Shown: piece after piece, positions 22,587 to 33,800 of the stretch
Position numbering within the stretch: the first letter of the stretch is position 1
Layout: each line of letters begins with the position of its first letter
NCBI GenBank assembly: GCA_963713975.1
Contig: OY970218.1
Location: 128,001 to 192,000, forward strand
Direction of reading: 5' to 3'
From: an uncultured Chloroflexia bacterium
Lineage (GTDB): Bacteria; Chloroflexota; Limnocylindria; Limnocylindrales; CSP1-4
Length of the DNA stretch: 64,000 bases
The notes under the pieces: generated by a model
What the model saw: the letters and a program-made list of their open reading frames with translations, nothing else
Told to the model about the DNA's origin: nothing
Databases searched by the model: none
Position numbers and translations under genes: made by a program

Positions 22587-23227
22587 CGGTCGCTCGGCCG
22601 ACGGCCGACGACCCACCAGGCCGCCGGGAAGACGAGGGCGGCGGCGACCAGCTTCACGGTGTCGACGATGACGAACGGCAGCAGCCCGACGGCGATCGCC
22701 TCACCGGCGGATATGCCGGTCACGACTGCCAGCCACGGGACGCCGATCGCGTAGATGACGGTCGTCCCGAGCATGGTCGCTCCGAGCGAGCCGCCCAGTC
22801 TCCGGTCCCAGCCGAGCTCGGCGAGCCGTCCCACGGTGGCCCCGGCCAGGATGAAGCCGACGAGGTAGCCGCCGGTGGCGCCCAGGACCACGTCCACCCC
22901 ACCAGAGCCCTGGGCGAAGAACGGCAGGCCGACAACGCCGAGCATGACGTAGAGCAACGCGGCCAGCCCGCCGCGACGCAGCCCCAGGCCCCCGCCCGCG
23001 ACGAGGACGCCGAAGGTCTGGAGCGTGTACGGAACCGGGTTGCCGGGGATCACGAAGGAGACCTGCGCGGTCAGGAAGATCAGGAGCGCGCCCGCGATGA
23101 CGAGGCCGACGTTCCGCAGCCGCGGCGAGGTGCGCTCACCGACCCTGACCGGCACAAGGAAGTCAGCGATCGTCAGACCCTTCTCGGTGGCGGGCACCCG
23201 CGTCAGCGACGGGATCGCGTTGGACAT
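22583..23227 (-). CDS. bioY: Biotin transporter BioY
   Basis: PVPYTLQTFGV, GLPFFA, TGGYLVGF; SD GGAGG. Confidence 0.92.
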   Translation of the reverse strand: MSNAIPSLTRVPATEKGLTIADFLVPVRVGERTSPRLRNVGLVIAGALLIFLTAQVSFVIPGNPVPYTLQTFGVLVAGGGLGLRRGGLAALLYVMLGVVGLPFFAQGSGGVDVVLGATGGYLVGFILAGATVGRLAELGWDRRLGGSLGATMLGTTVIYAIGVPWLAVVTGISAGEAIAVGLLPFVIVDTVKLVAAALVFPAAWWVVGRRPSDR

Positions 23228-23335
23228 GACCTCCCTCACGCGCCGACGACGTCGGGCCGACGCTGCGCGGAGTCTACCGGCTGGCCGCGGGCCATACCAG
23301 CGAGAGCCGCCCGGCGAGAGCCGCCCGGCCCCGCC

Positions 23336-25891
23336 CTACTCGCCCCGGATCGCGCCCACGATGGACCGGCGACCGGCGATGCGGGCGGGCTGGGCTGCCG
23401 CGACCATCGCGAGCGCCACGCCCCCGACGATCGCGATGGCGATCGTCGGCCAGGGCACCTGGATCCCGACCGCGACGCGACCACCCGCGGTGGCCACGAG
23501 GAGGAGGCCGACGGCAATCCCGGTCACGCAGCCCACCAGCGAGCCGATCAGCCCGAGGATCCCTGCCTCCACGACCACGCTGCGCCACACCTGGCGCCGG
23601 CTCATGCCCACGGCACGCAGCATGCCCAGCTCCCGGACCCGCTCCCAGGTGTCCATGGAGAGGGCATTGACGATCCCGAGTGCGGCGATCACCACCGCGG
23701 CGAGCGCGAGGATGTCAAGCAGGCCGAACACGCGGTCAAGGGCGTCGCTCACGGCGCCCTCCACGCCGGCGATGGGGGTCACGGTGAGTGCGGCCTCGGC
23801 TGCGAGCGCGGCAGCGGCGGGTGCGGCCTCGGCCATGCGACCTGGCTCGTAGCGGACCGCAAAGGCGTCCGCCCCGGTCACGTCGAGGCGCGATGTCGCA
23901 TCGCTCCAGCCCACCAGCGCCGTCTCGCCCGAGCGACCCGGGAACGAGCGCTCGACGATCCCCGCCACCTGCAGCTCCAGCGTCCCGGTCGACGTCGCCA
24001 CGTCGACGCTGTCGCCCACGCCCACGCCCATGCGCAGGGCGCGGGAGCGAGGCAGGATCACGGCGCCACCCGCGTCCAGGGCGTCCAGCGCGACAGCGCG
24101 GTCACCGGCCGTGAACGTCAGGCGTCCATCGGCCTCGAGATCCGCGCCACGGATGGCCGTCGCCTCGAGGCGGGTCCCCCGCCAGGCGAGGTCGAACGAC
24201 GCAAGGGGCGCGACGAGCGCGACCCCGTCGATGGCGGCCAGCTGCGCATCCACGCCGTCCTCGCCCAGCGGTACCGGGGCGATCGCCGTCAGCACCTCGT
24301 CGCCGGGTACGACGTCGGAGAGCCATGCCGTGCCCGCAACGCGGGCATTCGCGCCCACGGCGGCCAGCGCCACGATCATCGCGACACCCACCACGAGCGT
24401 TCCGATCGTGATCGTCGTCCGGCCGCGGTCGCGGGCGATGGCTGCCCGGGCCAGGCGCTCCTCCAGCCGCATCACGACGGAGAACGGCAGCCCGGCGAGC
24501 CGGCCGAGCGGCGTCAACAGCACCGGCGTGACCAGGACGCCGAACAGTAGCAGGGCGTAGACGGCGACGGCGCGCGCCGGTCCGATGGGCGACCCCTCCC
24601 CCACCGGCAGCAGCAGGACGCCGACCGCACCGACGATGAGCACGATCGCGATGAGCCAGCTGAGGTGTGCGCGTGCCGCGAGCGCCGGGTCCGACCGGGC
24701 CCGCAGCGCCACCACCGGGCTCACGGACGCCGCGCGTCGCGCGGGTTCGAGGGACGCGACCATCGTGAGCAGGATCCCTGCCGCCAGCCCGGCGACCAGG
24801 ACCGGCGGGGACAGCTCGGGTGCGTCGAGGACGACGCCGGCGGCGGACCGCAGCCAGGTGGCGACGATGAGCGCCAGCGCACCACCCAGCGCGAGCCCGA
24901 CGAGCGAGCCCGTCACGCCCATGAAGAGCGCCTGGGCCTCGACGACCCGGACCACCTGGCCCCGGTCCGCCCCCGCGGCCCGAAGCAGGCCCAGCTCCCG
25001 CACGCGCTCGACGACGGTCATCGCGAGGGTGTTGAGCACCAGGAAGGCCGCCGCGAACAGCGCGATCGATGCGAGCAGCGCCATCGTTCCCCGGATCTCG
25101 GCCGTGGAGGCGCGCATCGACACAGCGATGTCGCCCGGCGCGGAGAGCACGTACGGCTCCACCACGAGGGCCGCGCCGATCGCCTCGGTCACCACGGCCG
25201 GATCCGTGCCGGCCGCCAGGACCACGTCCACGCGGGTGATCCCGTTCAGCGTGTCGTCCGACGGCGGTTCCTCTCCGTCGGCAAGCGCCAGGCGCTGCGC
25301 GCTCATCAGCGGCAGGACGATCGTCCGGCCGGAGGATCCGAGCTCAGGTCCATCGCCGGCGAGGATCCCGGCGACGTGCACGCTCTCGGGCGCCCCCGCG
25401 CCGAAGATCGTGAGCTGCGATCCGACGTCCAGCCCCTCGGCGGCCGCAAGGCGTTCGGTGACGAGGGCAGCGTCTCCGTCCAGGCCCTCGAGCGGCTCGC
25501 CGCTCGCCAGCGGGAGGTCGCGGACGCGCGACTCCCGGGACGGGTCGATCCCCAGGACGGTCACCGGCTCGGTCACCGTGGGTCGGCCCGGCGCCGAGCC
25601 GAGGTACGACCGGCGCTCGATGGCCGGCGCCGTGAGCGCGACCCCGGGGACCGCGTCCAGCGCCGTCAGGGTGACGTCCGACAGGCCCGCCCTGGTGAAG
25701 GCGGCGACCCGCAGGTCCGCGCGGCCCGTGAGCGAGGACACGGTCCGGTCGATCGAGGCGTCCAGGCCCGCGCTCACCGCGAGGGCGGACACGAGGACAC
25801 CGACCCCGATCGCGATGCCCAGGATCGTCAGCAGCGTCCGCGCGGGCCGCGCGGCGAGGCTGCGCCAGGCGTACGGGACGAGGCCGCGCAT
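23336..25891 (-). CDS. ABC transporter permease (duplicated FtsX/MacB type)
   Basis: Two ERVRELG(L/M)LRA(A/V)G FtsX motifs, multiple TM segments, RTLLTILGIAIGVG. Confidence 0.9.
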   Translation of the reverse strand: MRGLVPYAWRSLAARPARTLLTILGIAIGVGVLVSALAVSAGLDASIDRTVSSLTGRADLRVAAFTRAGLSDVTLTALDAVPGVALTAPAIERRSYLGSAPGRPTVTEPVTVLGIDPSRESRVRDLPLASGEPLEGLDGDAALVTERLAAAEGLDVGSQLTIFGAGAPESVHVAGILAGDGPELGSSGRTIVLPLMSAQRLALADGEEPPSDDTLNGITRVDVVLAAGTDPAVVTEAIGAALVVEPYVLSAPGDIAVSMRASTAEIRGTMALLASIALFAAAFLVLNTLAMTVVERVRELGLLRAAGADRGQVVRVVEAQALFMGVTGSLVGLALGGALALIVATWLRSAAGVVLDAPELSPPVLVAGLAAGILLTMVASLEPARRAASVSPVVALRARSDPALAARAHLSWLIAIVLIVGAVGVLLLPVGEGSPIGPARAVAVYALLLFGVLVTPVLLTPLGRLAGLPFSVVMRLEERLARAAIARDRGRTTITIGTLVVGVAMIVALAAVGANARVAGTAWLSDVVPGDEVLTAIAPVPLGEDGVDAQLAAIDGVALVAPLASFDLAWRGTRLEATAIRGADLEADGRLTFTAGDRAVALDALDAGGAVILPRSRALRMGVGVGDSVDVATSTGTLELQVAGIVERSFPGRSGETALVGWSDATSRLDVTGADAFAVRYEPGRMAEAAPAAAALAAEAALTVTPIAGVEGAVSDALDRVFGLLDILALAAVVIAALGIVNALSMDTWERVRELGMLRAVGMSRRQVWRSVVVEAGILGLIGSLVGCVTGIAVGLLLVATAGGRVAVGIQVPWPTIAIAIVGGVALAMVAAAQPARIAGRRSIVGAIRGE

Positions 25892-25899
25892 CGTTGGCG

Positions 25900-26703
25900 C
25901 TAGAGGCCCAGCGGGGCGAGGCGGTCGATGAGGGGCGCCGCGGTGTGGTCGTCCCGACGGCCGAGCATGATCTCGTCCTGGATGACACCGTCACCGATGA
26001 CCATGACCCGGTCCGCGTACGCGGCCGCCTTCGCGTCGTGGGTGACGAGCACGATCGTCTGCCCGCGCTCGACGCAGGTCCGCCACAGGGCGTCAAGGAT
26101 GTCCTTGCCGGTCCGGAAGTCCAGGTTGCCGGTCGGCTCGTCGGCGAACAGGATCGCCGGACGGGTGACGATGGCCCGTGCGACGGCCACGCGCTGTTGC
26201 TCGCCCGCGGACAGCTGCTCGGGCTTGTGGCGCTCCTTGCCCGTCAGGTCCACCTGGGCGATGGCATCCCGGACACGCGTCGCCGCGTCTCCGGATCGCG
26301 GATCCTGGCCGGCGATCGCGAACGGCAGGCCGACGTTCTCCACGACGTCCAGCAGCGGGATCAGGTTGAACGACTGGAACACGAAGCCCGTGCGCTCCCG
26401 CCGGAGTCGCGTGGCCTGGTCGTCCGAGAGGCTGCCGATCGACTCCCCCTCGAGCAGGACCTCGCCGGCCGTCGGGCGGTCAAGGCCTCCGAGCAGCTGG
26501 AGAAGGGTGCTCTTGCCCGACCCGGAGGGGCCCATCAGGGCCACGAACTCGCCGGCCATCACCTGGAGTGCCACGCCCCGGACGGCCTCCACGACCTCGC
26601 CGGGCATCTCGTACCTCCGGCTGAGGCCGCGGGCTTCCAGGATCGGCAGCGCGCCCGGGCCGTTGTGCGCGGTCGCGGTGGGAACCGTCGGGGACTGCAT
26701 CAT
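25900..26703 (-). CDS. ABC transporter ATP-binding protein (LolD/MacB-like)
   Basis: GPSGSGKST, FVFQSFNL, LSAGEQQRVA, LFADEPTGNLD. Confidence 0.93.
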   Translation of the reverse strand: MMQSPTVPTATAHNGPGALPILEARGLSRRYEMPGEVVEAVRGVALQVMAGEFVALMGPSGSGKSTLLQLLGGLDRPTAGEVLLEGESIGSLSDDQATRLRRERTGFVFQSFNLIPLLDVVENVGLPFAIAGQDPRSGDAATRVRDAIAQVDLTGKERHKPEQLSAGEQQRVAVARAIVTRPAILFADEPTGNLDFRTGKDILDALWRTCVERGQTIVLVTHDAKAAAYADRVMVIGDGVIQDEIMLGRRDDHTAAPLIDRLAPLGL

Positions 26704-26844
26704 GCGCGGGTTGGGCTCCAGGCTGGTTGTTGCCGGTTCGTACCCTAGCGGTGGACTCCGGTGCAGTCCCCGGGCCGATGGTCCGGGTGGGCGGGAGGAC
26801 CCGAATGGATCGCCGCGCTGCCGGGCGGAGGCGGCAGGCCCGCG

Positions 26845-27837
26845 TCAGCCGCCGAAGTAGCGGGCCGAGATCGTCGAGAGGATCGAGTCGACGAGGCCCT
26901 GGCCGGCCGGCGGGTCGACGAGGCGGAGACCCGTCGACGGCGCGTCGTCGCCCCATGCCGGAGCGGGCGGCGCGGGCGGGACGACGGCGTCGGGCGCCCG
27001 GAACGTGGGCCTGGGCGAGGCCGTGGGCGCCGCGGTGGGCGGCCTCGTCACGACGAGCGACGGAGTCGGTGATGGCGTCGGGGACGGCGTGGCCGTGGGC
27101 CGGGGCTTCCTGGTGGGCCGTGGCGTGGGCTTGGCGGTCGGCCGCGGGGTGGGCTTGGGCCTGGCCGTCGCCTTCGCGGTTGGCTCGGGCTTGGGCTTCG
27201 CGGTGGGTTTCGGCGTGGGCTTGGGCGTCGGCTTGGGCGTCGCCTTGGGGGTCGTGCCGCACTTGTCCGCGAACAGGACGGTCCACACGTAGTGGTCGCC
27301 CTTGGTGCGGTAGGCACCGACCGCCACGACGTCCCACGCCTTGCCCATGATGTTGGCCCTGTGCCCCGAGGAGTCCATGAACAGGCCGAAGATATAGCTC
27401 GTCACGTCCGCCTCGGTGGCTCCCGGCCAGGTCGCCTGGCCGATGTTCTCGCCCGCCACCTTGAAGCAGTAGTCGTACTTGTACTGCAGGTACCAGAAGA
27501 CGTTGTGGTCCGCGCCGTCGCCCGGGATCGTGTGCGAGAAGTAGTCCCGCTCGACCATGTCCTTGCTCCGCCAGCGGGCGGCGGTCCGCAGCGCCGTGTC
27601 GAGCTTGAGGGACTTCAGCCCCCCGGAGGCGCGCGCCTGGTTCTGGAGGGAGATGAGCCGGGACTCGGACCCGGAGCTGAAGTCGTTCACGTCCCAGGCG
27701 AGGACCGTGGGGGCCGTCAGGAGCCCCACCGAGGTCACACCGAACATGAGGGCCAGGGCGATCGCCGCGCGCCGGATCGCTGCGGGCGCGACCAGGGCGG
27801 CGAGGAACGAGCCGATCGGGCTTTGGTTGGCGCTCAT
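26845..27837 (-). CDS. CAP/SCP-domain secreted protein with Pro/Thr/Lys-rich tail
   Basis: [34 protein letters not shown]. Confidence 0.88.
   Translation of the reverse strand: MSANQSPIGSFLAALVAPAAIRRAAIALALMFGVTSVGLLTAPTVLAWDVNDFSSGSESRLISLQNQARASGGLKSLKLDTALRTAARWRSKDMVERDYFSHTIPGDGADHNVFWYLQYKYDYCFKVAGENIGQATWPGATEADVTSYIFGLFMDSSGHRANIMGKAWDVVAVGAYRTKGDHYVWTVLFADKCGTTPKATPKPTPKPTPKPTAKPKPEPTAKATARPKPTPRPTAKPTPRPTRKPRPTATPSPTPSPTPSLVVTRPPTAAPTASPRPTFRAPDAVVPPAPPAPAWGDDAPSTGLRLVDPPAGQGLVDSILSTISARYFGG
27050..27255 (-). repeat. Low-complexity [12 protein letters not shown]-coding tandem repeats in the CAP protein
   Basis: Imperfect 12-nt units such as ggcgtgggcttg. Confidence 0.8.
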
Positions 27838-28171
27838 GTGCGGCTGGATGTCTCGCTGCGGGTGCGCCGGTCGATCCCCGGCTCCCGGCTATCGTCGACC
27901 CGGCAGCGCGTGCGGTCCGTCGCGCAATGGTCCCAACCGGACCCATCCCTGGTACCAGTTGCCGGTCAGGGCGACAATTGCCCACACCGGACCCCACCGG
28001 AGCGCCCGCCCGAGCGAGCCCGGTCGACAGGTACGGCCGGAGGGCCCCCAAAGTGGTGAGCCCACCGGCCCTCCCGCCTGCGTTCCGACAGGGCCATCGT
28101 GGCAGGCCACGAGGCGGAGCATCCGCGTCCCGGCCCGGAGACCGGCAAGCGAGAACCGGAGGAGCAGATCG

Positions 28172-29536
28172 ATGACGACGGCCGACAAGGCGACGCCCAG
28201 CGCCCCGCCCGACAAGGCGACCGCCGCCGCGGCCGATGCCAAGGAGACCAGCACCGAGGCGGCCGAGCTGCGGGTCGGCGACCAGACCCTGGTCCTGCCG
28301 ATCGAGAAGGCGGTCGCGGGCCAGTCGACGATCAACATCGGCACGCTGCTCAAGGACGGCCACGTGACCGCCCTCGACTACGGGTACGCCAACACCGCGT
28401 CATGCCGCAGCGCGATCACGTACCTCGACGGCGATGCCGGCATCCTGCGCTACCGCGGATACCCGATCGAGCAGCTGGCGGATCGCTCCACATTCCTCGA
28501 GACGGCCTACCTCCTGATCTACGGCGAGCTCCCGACCGCCCGCCAGCTCTCGGACTGGACGTCCCTGATCACGCGCCACACCCTGCTCCACGAGGAGTTC
28601 AAGCGGTTCTTCGACGGCTTCCCGATGAATGCCCACCCGATGGGCATCCTCACCTCGGCCGTGGCGGCGTTGTCCACCTTCTACCAGGACTCCTCGGACC
28701 CGCACGACGCCGAGGGCGTCGAGATGACCACCGTCCGCCTGATCGCGAAGATGCCGACCATCGCGGCGTTCGCGCACAAGAAGTCGATCGGCCAGCCGTT
28801 CGTCTACCCGGACAACAGCCTCGACTACGAGAAGAACTTCCTGCGGATGATGTTCTCGCTGCCGACGGAGCCCTACGTCATCGACGGCGACGCGTCCCGG
28901 GCCCTGCGGGTGCTGTTGATCCTCCACGCGGATCACGAGCAGAACTGCTCCACCTCCACCGTGCGCATGGCCGGCTCCAGCATGGCCAACCTGTACGCCT
29001 CTATCTCCGCGGGGATCGCGGCGCTGTGGGGCCCGCTCCATGGCGGCGCGAACCAGGAGGTCCTGGAGATGCTCCAGGGGATCGCCGACCACGGTGGTGA
29101 CGTCGCCCCGTACATCGACCGGGCGAAGAACCATGACGACCCGTTCCGCCTCATGGGGTTCGGGCACAGGGTCTACAAGAACTACGATCCCCGGGCACAG
29201 ATCATCAAGGAGGCGGCCGATCGGGTGCTGGCGAAGCTCGGGACGCGCGACCCCCTGCTGGACATCGCGCTCGAGCTCGAGAGCGTCGCCCTCAGCGACC
29301 CCTACTTCGTGTCCAAGAAGCTCTACCCGAACGTTGACTTCTACAGCGGGCTGATCTATCGGGCCCTGGGCTTCCCGGTCAACATGTTCACCGTGCTATT
29401 CGCCATCGGGCGCCTGCCCGGCTGGATCGCCCAGTGGCGCGAGATGCTCCATGACCCGGACTCGCGGATCGGCCGCCCGCGCCAGCTCTACATCGGCCCG
29501 CCCGAGCGCCGATACCGACCGCTGTCGGAGCGGTAG
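28172..29536 (+). CDS. gltA: Citrate synthase
   Basis: SAITYLDGDAGILRYRGYPIEQL, HADHEQNCSTST, GPLHGGAN, MGFGHRVYK, YPNVDFYSG; SD GGAGGAG. Confidence 0.96.
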   Translation: MTTADKATPSAPPDKATAAAADAKETSTEAAELRVGDQTLVLPIEKAVAGQSTINIGTLLKDGHVTALDYGYANTASCRSAITYLDGDAGILRYRGYPIEQLADRSTFLETAYLLIYGELPTARQLSDWTSLITRHTLLHEEFKRFFDGFPMNAHPMGILTSAVAALSTFYQDSSDPHDAEGVEMTTVRLIAKMPTIAAFAHKKSIGQPFVYPDNSLDYEKNFLRMMFSLPTEPYVIDGDASRALRVLLILHADHEQNCSTSTVRMAGSSMANLYASISAGIAALWGPLHGGANQEVLEMLQGIADHGGDVAPYIDRAKNHDDPFRLMGFGHRVYKNYDPRAQIIKEAADRVLAKLGTRDPLLDIALELESVALSDPYFVSKKLYPNVDFYSGLIYRALGFPVNMFTVLFAIGRLPGWIAQWREMLHDPDSRIGRPRQLYIGPPERRYRPLSER

Positions 29537-29649
29537 ACCTGCGTCGGACCAGCTCCCGCCGGTCGCCGCCACGCGCGCGAGGGCCGGTCGGGTACACTGC
29601 GCGTCGCCCCGCAGGTTCGTGCGCCCTGGCGCTCGTGACCCCGGTGCAT

Positions 29650-29725
29650 GGTGGCCTTAGCTCAATGGCAGAGCATCGGATTGTGGCTCCGAAGGTTACG
29701 GGTTCGAGCCCCGTAGGCCACCCCA
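29650..29725 (+). tRNA. tRNA-His (GTG)
   Basis: G-1 then GTGGCCT acceptor stem, TAGCTCAATGGCAGAGC D-arm, TCGGA-TTGTGGC-TCCGA anticodon arm, GGTTCGAGCCC T-loop, 3' CCA. Confidence 0.96.
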
Positions 29726-29753
29726 ACGCCTGATCGGTCGGCCGGGCCCCGGG

Positions 29754-30788
29754 CTAGGCTCCGGGCAGCGAGCGCCGCACCCTCCGCGCCGCACGCCGCC
29801 AGGCGGGCGCCTTCGCCTTGGGGCCGGCACCATCAGCGCCACGGCCCTTGGTGGGTGTCGGGGCGGTCTTGTCGATGGCCGTCAGCCAGTTGCTGTCGAC
29901 TTCCGCCAGGTGCAGCGAAGGGTCGGCAAACAGGCGCAGGAACTCCGAGACGATGTAGCGGACGGCGTCCCGGCGCACGTGACGGCCATCGTTCTTGAAG
30001 TAGTCGCTCTGGCGCTCAGCAGTGACCACCATCTCGTACGAGTGGAAATAGTGGACGTCCGGGTGCCGGTCGATGAGCTCGGAGATCGCCGCCCGGATCC
30101 GGCTCTTGGACTCGGTGTTGGCGACCCGAACATCCAGCTCGGTGAACGTCGTGTGCAGCGGCACGGGTGAGGTCGTCACCACCAGCTCGGCGCCGATCCG
30201 GTCACGCACCACCGTGCGGATTCGCTCGAGGTCGTCCACCATCTCGGCCACGGTCAGCCGGTGGAACGCCGCACCGAGCGTTGGAAACACCGAGGGGTGG
30301 GGAATCTGGCGGAAGGTGTTGCCGGTGGCGGACGAGCGCCACGTCTCGATAAGGCCCAGGGTCACCACGACCACGCCCGCGCCCTTGAAGACGTCGTCGG
30401 CGGCGGCATCCGCGGCCGCGCGGGCGGCGAGGAGCGCGGCCTCGTCCGGGTAGGCCGTGTCGTAGTCGCGAAACGGGTCGATCAGGCCCCTGTCGATGGC
30501 CCACGAGGGCTCACGACCGCGCTCCTCCCAGCCTCCGACGAGGCGCTCCAGCTCCTGGCGGATCGTGGCGGTGGAGTAGAAGAGGCCACCGGGGTGCATC
30601 GCCCCGCGGATCCCCACCTGGCCCATCGTCTCGGCCAGCTCGGCGGCGAAGCAACTGCCGATCGTGGCGACGCGGGTCTCCGGGCGAACGATGACCACCT
30701 GCGGCGCCCGCATCACGAGGGCCCGCTCGGACCACGCGTGGACGTGCTCGAGGTTCCAGTCCCCGAGCCGGCTGTGCAGGACGGGCAT
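29754..30788 (-). CDS. GSCFA-domain protein (SGNH-like)
   Basis: ATIGSCFA, VVTLGLIETW, TTSPVPL, ANTESKS, YFHSYE, DGRH. Confidence 0.88.
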   Translation of the reverse strand: MPVLHSRLGDWNLEHVHAWSERALVMRAPQVVIVRPETRVATIGSCFAAELAETMGQVGIRGAMHPGGLFYSTATIRQELERLVGGWEERGREPSWAIDRGLIDPFRDYDTAYPDEAALLAARAAADAAADDVFKGAGVVVVTLGLIETWRSSATGNTFRQIPHPSVFPTLGAAFHRLTVAEMVDDLERIRTVVRDRIGAELVVTTSPVPLHTTFTELDVRVANTESKSRIRAAISELIDRHPDVHYFHSYEMVVTAERQSDYFKNDGRHVRRDAVRYIVSEFLRLFADPSLHLAEVDSNWLTAIDKTAPTPTKGRGADGAGPKAKAPAWRRAARRVRRSLPGA

Positions 30789-30839
30789 GCGGGCGAGCAT
30801 ACCGCGTCGACCCGGGACATATGGCATCGTTGCCCTCCG

Positions 30840-33800
30840 ATGACATCCCCGCCCCGATCGCCGGCGCCGCGGCCGCGTCTCGCGATCCTCTCGCACTCCT
30901 CCGGCGAGTACGACGCGCGCTCGCTCAGGGTGGCTCGATCGGCGGTGGCGGCGGGATATGACGTCACGATCTATGCCCGCCTGCATCCGGGCCTGTCGTC
31001 GGTGGAGGAGCACGAGGGCTTTCGGCTGGTCCGGGCGGAGTTCGACTGGCGGCTCGCGATCCCGGGGCTGCGCGCCGGCGCCCGGAGACGCTCGGCGGTG
31101 CGCACGACGAATGCGGCCGGGTTGCAGCCGCGCGCCGCCGACCCGCATGTGGGCCTGGGCGGTCGCGGCGCAGGTGATGAGGAGGCCAGCGCAGGCCGCG
31201 GAGCGCGCGGTGGTCCGCTGCTCGCCCCGATGCGGCTGGGGCGGCGAGTCGAAAGGCGGTTCAGCAGGAGGATCCGGCGCTGGCGCTCGACCATCCTGAT
31301 GTTCCCGCTCCGACCGATGGGCTGGGCCGTGGCGCTCGAATCCGTCGTCGAGCCGGCGGATGTCTGGCACGGGATGTGGGCCGGATCCCTGCCCGCGCTC
31401 AAGCGCATGCGCAGGCTCCACGGGGGGCGGACGGTCTACGACAGTCGCGATGTCTACATGCACTCGCGGGACTTCGCCCGCCTCGAGTGGCCCCTCCGCC
31501 CGATCCTCGCCCACCTGGAGCGCCGCTGGGCGCGCGGTGCCGACCGCGTGCTCACGGTGAACGATGCCTATGCGGGTCTGATCGCGACGCAATTGGGGGT
31601 TCCACGGCCGGCCGTCGTCATCAACACGCCGGAGCGATGGACGCCACCCGTCCCGGCCCCCGACCGGATCCGCGAGACCACCGGCGTGCCCGCCGACACA
31701 CTGGTCGCCCTGTACCAGGGCAAGCTGACCACGGATCGGGGGATCGAGCAGGCGATGGAGGCCATCCTGCAGTGCCCCGGCACGGTCCTCGCGCTGCTCG
31801 GATTCGGCGAGCGCGAGGCCAGGCTCCGGACCCTGGCTGCGAGCGCGCCGTACCAGGGCAAGGTGTACGTCCTGCCGGCGGTTCCGCCCTCGGAGCTGCT
31901 TGCGTGGACCGCCTCAGCGGACGTCATGGTGATGCCCATCCAGCCGACGTCGCGGAACCACGAGCTCACGACTCCGCAGAAGCTGTGGGAGGCGATCGCC
32001 GCCGGGGTGCCCGTCGTCGCCTCGGATCTGCCGGGCATGGCGGACGTGGTGCGAGCGTCGGCCATCGGCGTCGTGTGCGACCCGACGAGCCCGGCCGCCA
32101 TCGCCGCGTCGATCCGCACGGTGCTGGGACAGCCTGAGGCGGCGCGCGCCGCGATGAGGGCCCACGTGCTGGCCGTCGCGCACGAGCGCTACACCTGGGA
32201 GCGCCAGCTGGCAACCCTGTTCGGGCTGTACGAGGAGCTCGGGTTCGGGCCCGTGATCCCGCCTCCGGACGACGCGCCCGCCTCGATCGTCGCCGTCCCC
32301 GGCACGGCCACGCAAACGGAGGGCCCGCGGCTCAGGTTCCTGTCGGTTGCGCCGACCGGCCGGGCGCCCGCCGGCGACGCGTCAACGACCCGGATCGTGC
32401 TCGACACCGCGTGGACGCCCAGGGAGGAGGACGCTGCCGGTCTCGTGCTCCTGCGCGACGTGGTCGAAGAGATCATGCGCCGGCGGGACCTCATCGCGGA
32501 CGCCGCGCGAACCCTCGACGACTGGGCCGAGGCGTCCGGGATCTCGAGCCGCATGGTCCACGAGGGCGTCTCGTTCTGGTATGGGGCCCGGCTGGGCTGC
32601 TGGATGTGGGTCCTCGACCAGATCCTGTGGCTCGGGGTCCTCGACCACCTCCTCGCGATGCACCCCGGCACGCGCGTGCTGGAGCTCGACGCGGGCTCGG
32701 ACGCGCTCCTTGTCGCCGCGGCCCGGCAGGTCGCGGCACGCGACGGCCTCGTGCTCGAAGGGGCCGGCGCGCTGGCCGGCACCGGGGCCGCCGGGGCCGC
32801 CGTCGTCGGGAAGGCGCCGTCCGGCCCGGGCCAGGCTCCGGCGCGAGAGCGAGGAGCAGGCGGCCGCGTCCGCGGAAGGGGACTCGTCGGCCGGATCCGG
32901 CGACGGCTCCGGCCGTCCGCGCTGGAGCGGCAGCGGAGGCTCGTCATGGCCCGGGTGGACGCGCTGGCGAGCGACCCGGCCCGACGCCTGCTGGTGGTGC
33001 AGGCCCACGCGCGCCAGCAAATCGAGACGCCGGACGGCCCGCGTCAGTTGAACGTGTACGTCGGGCCGATCCAGGAGCGGCTCCGTGGCTCCGCGCTCGA
33101 CCCGATGGAGGTGGACATCCGGAGCGCGCTGGCGGATCACGGGACATCGGCTCGCCTGGATGGACCCGACGGCGACCGGTACCTGCCGTCGGACGTGCTG
33201 CCGCTGGTCGCGCCGGGCGTCGACGACGCTGGGAGCAAGGCCGCGGCTGCCGCAATGGCCGAAGGCGTGGCGGCGCTCCAGATTCCGATGATGGTGGCCG
33301 GCGTGGACCTGGGCCCGGCGCTCTCCGCACGCGTCGCGGGGCGGATCGCCACGACCCACGCCCGGAGCATCAGGGACACGGCCCGGATCCGGAGCCTGCT
33401 CCGCCGGTTGCATCCGGCCGGCATCCTGCTCGCCGACGAGTACCATCGGCAGGACTGGCTGGCCGCGGCGCTGGCAGAGAGCGTGCCCGTGGCGGCCGTC
33501 CAGCACGGCGTGATCTACCGGTGGCACAACGGCTACATGCACCGAACCAGACCGGACGAGCTTCGACTGCCAGGACGGACGTATGTCTTCGGACCATGGG
33601 AGCGCGACCTCCTCGTCGACACCAGCGTCTACGAGCCCGCCGAGGTCGTGGTCGGTGGCTCGCCCCGGCTGGACCATCTCGGCCCCGTGGAGCCCGACAC
33701 CGCCGCCGTGCGGGAGGAGCTGGGCATCGCGGACGGCGACCGCATGGTTGTCCTGTCCGGGACCTGGGGAGCCATGTACCGCCGCTTCCACTACCCCATC

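Noticed and set aside
27050-27255. CRISPR-like or intergenic tandem repeat
   Set aside because: Coding Pro-rich linker with no spacers and no cas genes.
27838-28171. Riboswitch in the CAP/gltA divergent intergenic region
   Set aside because: No recognisable c-di-AMP, c-di-GMP or other aptamer consensus by eye; an Rfam scan would be needed.
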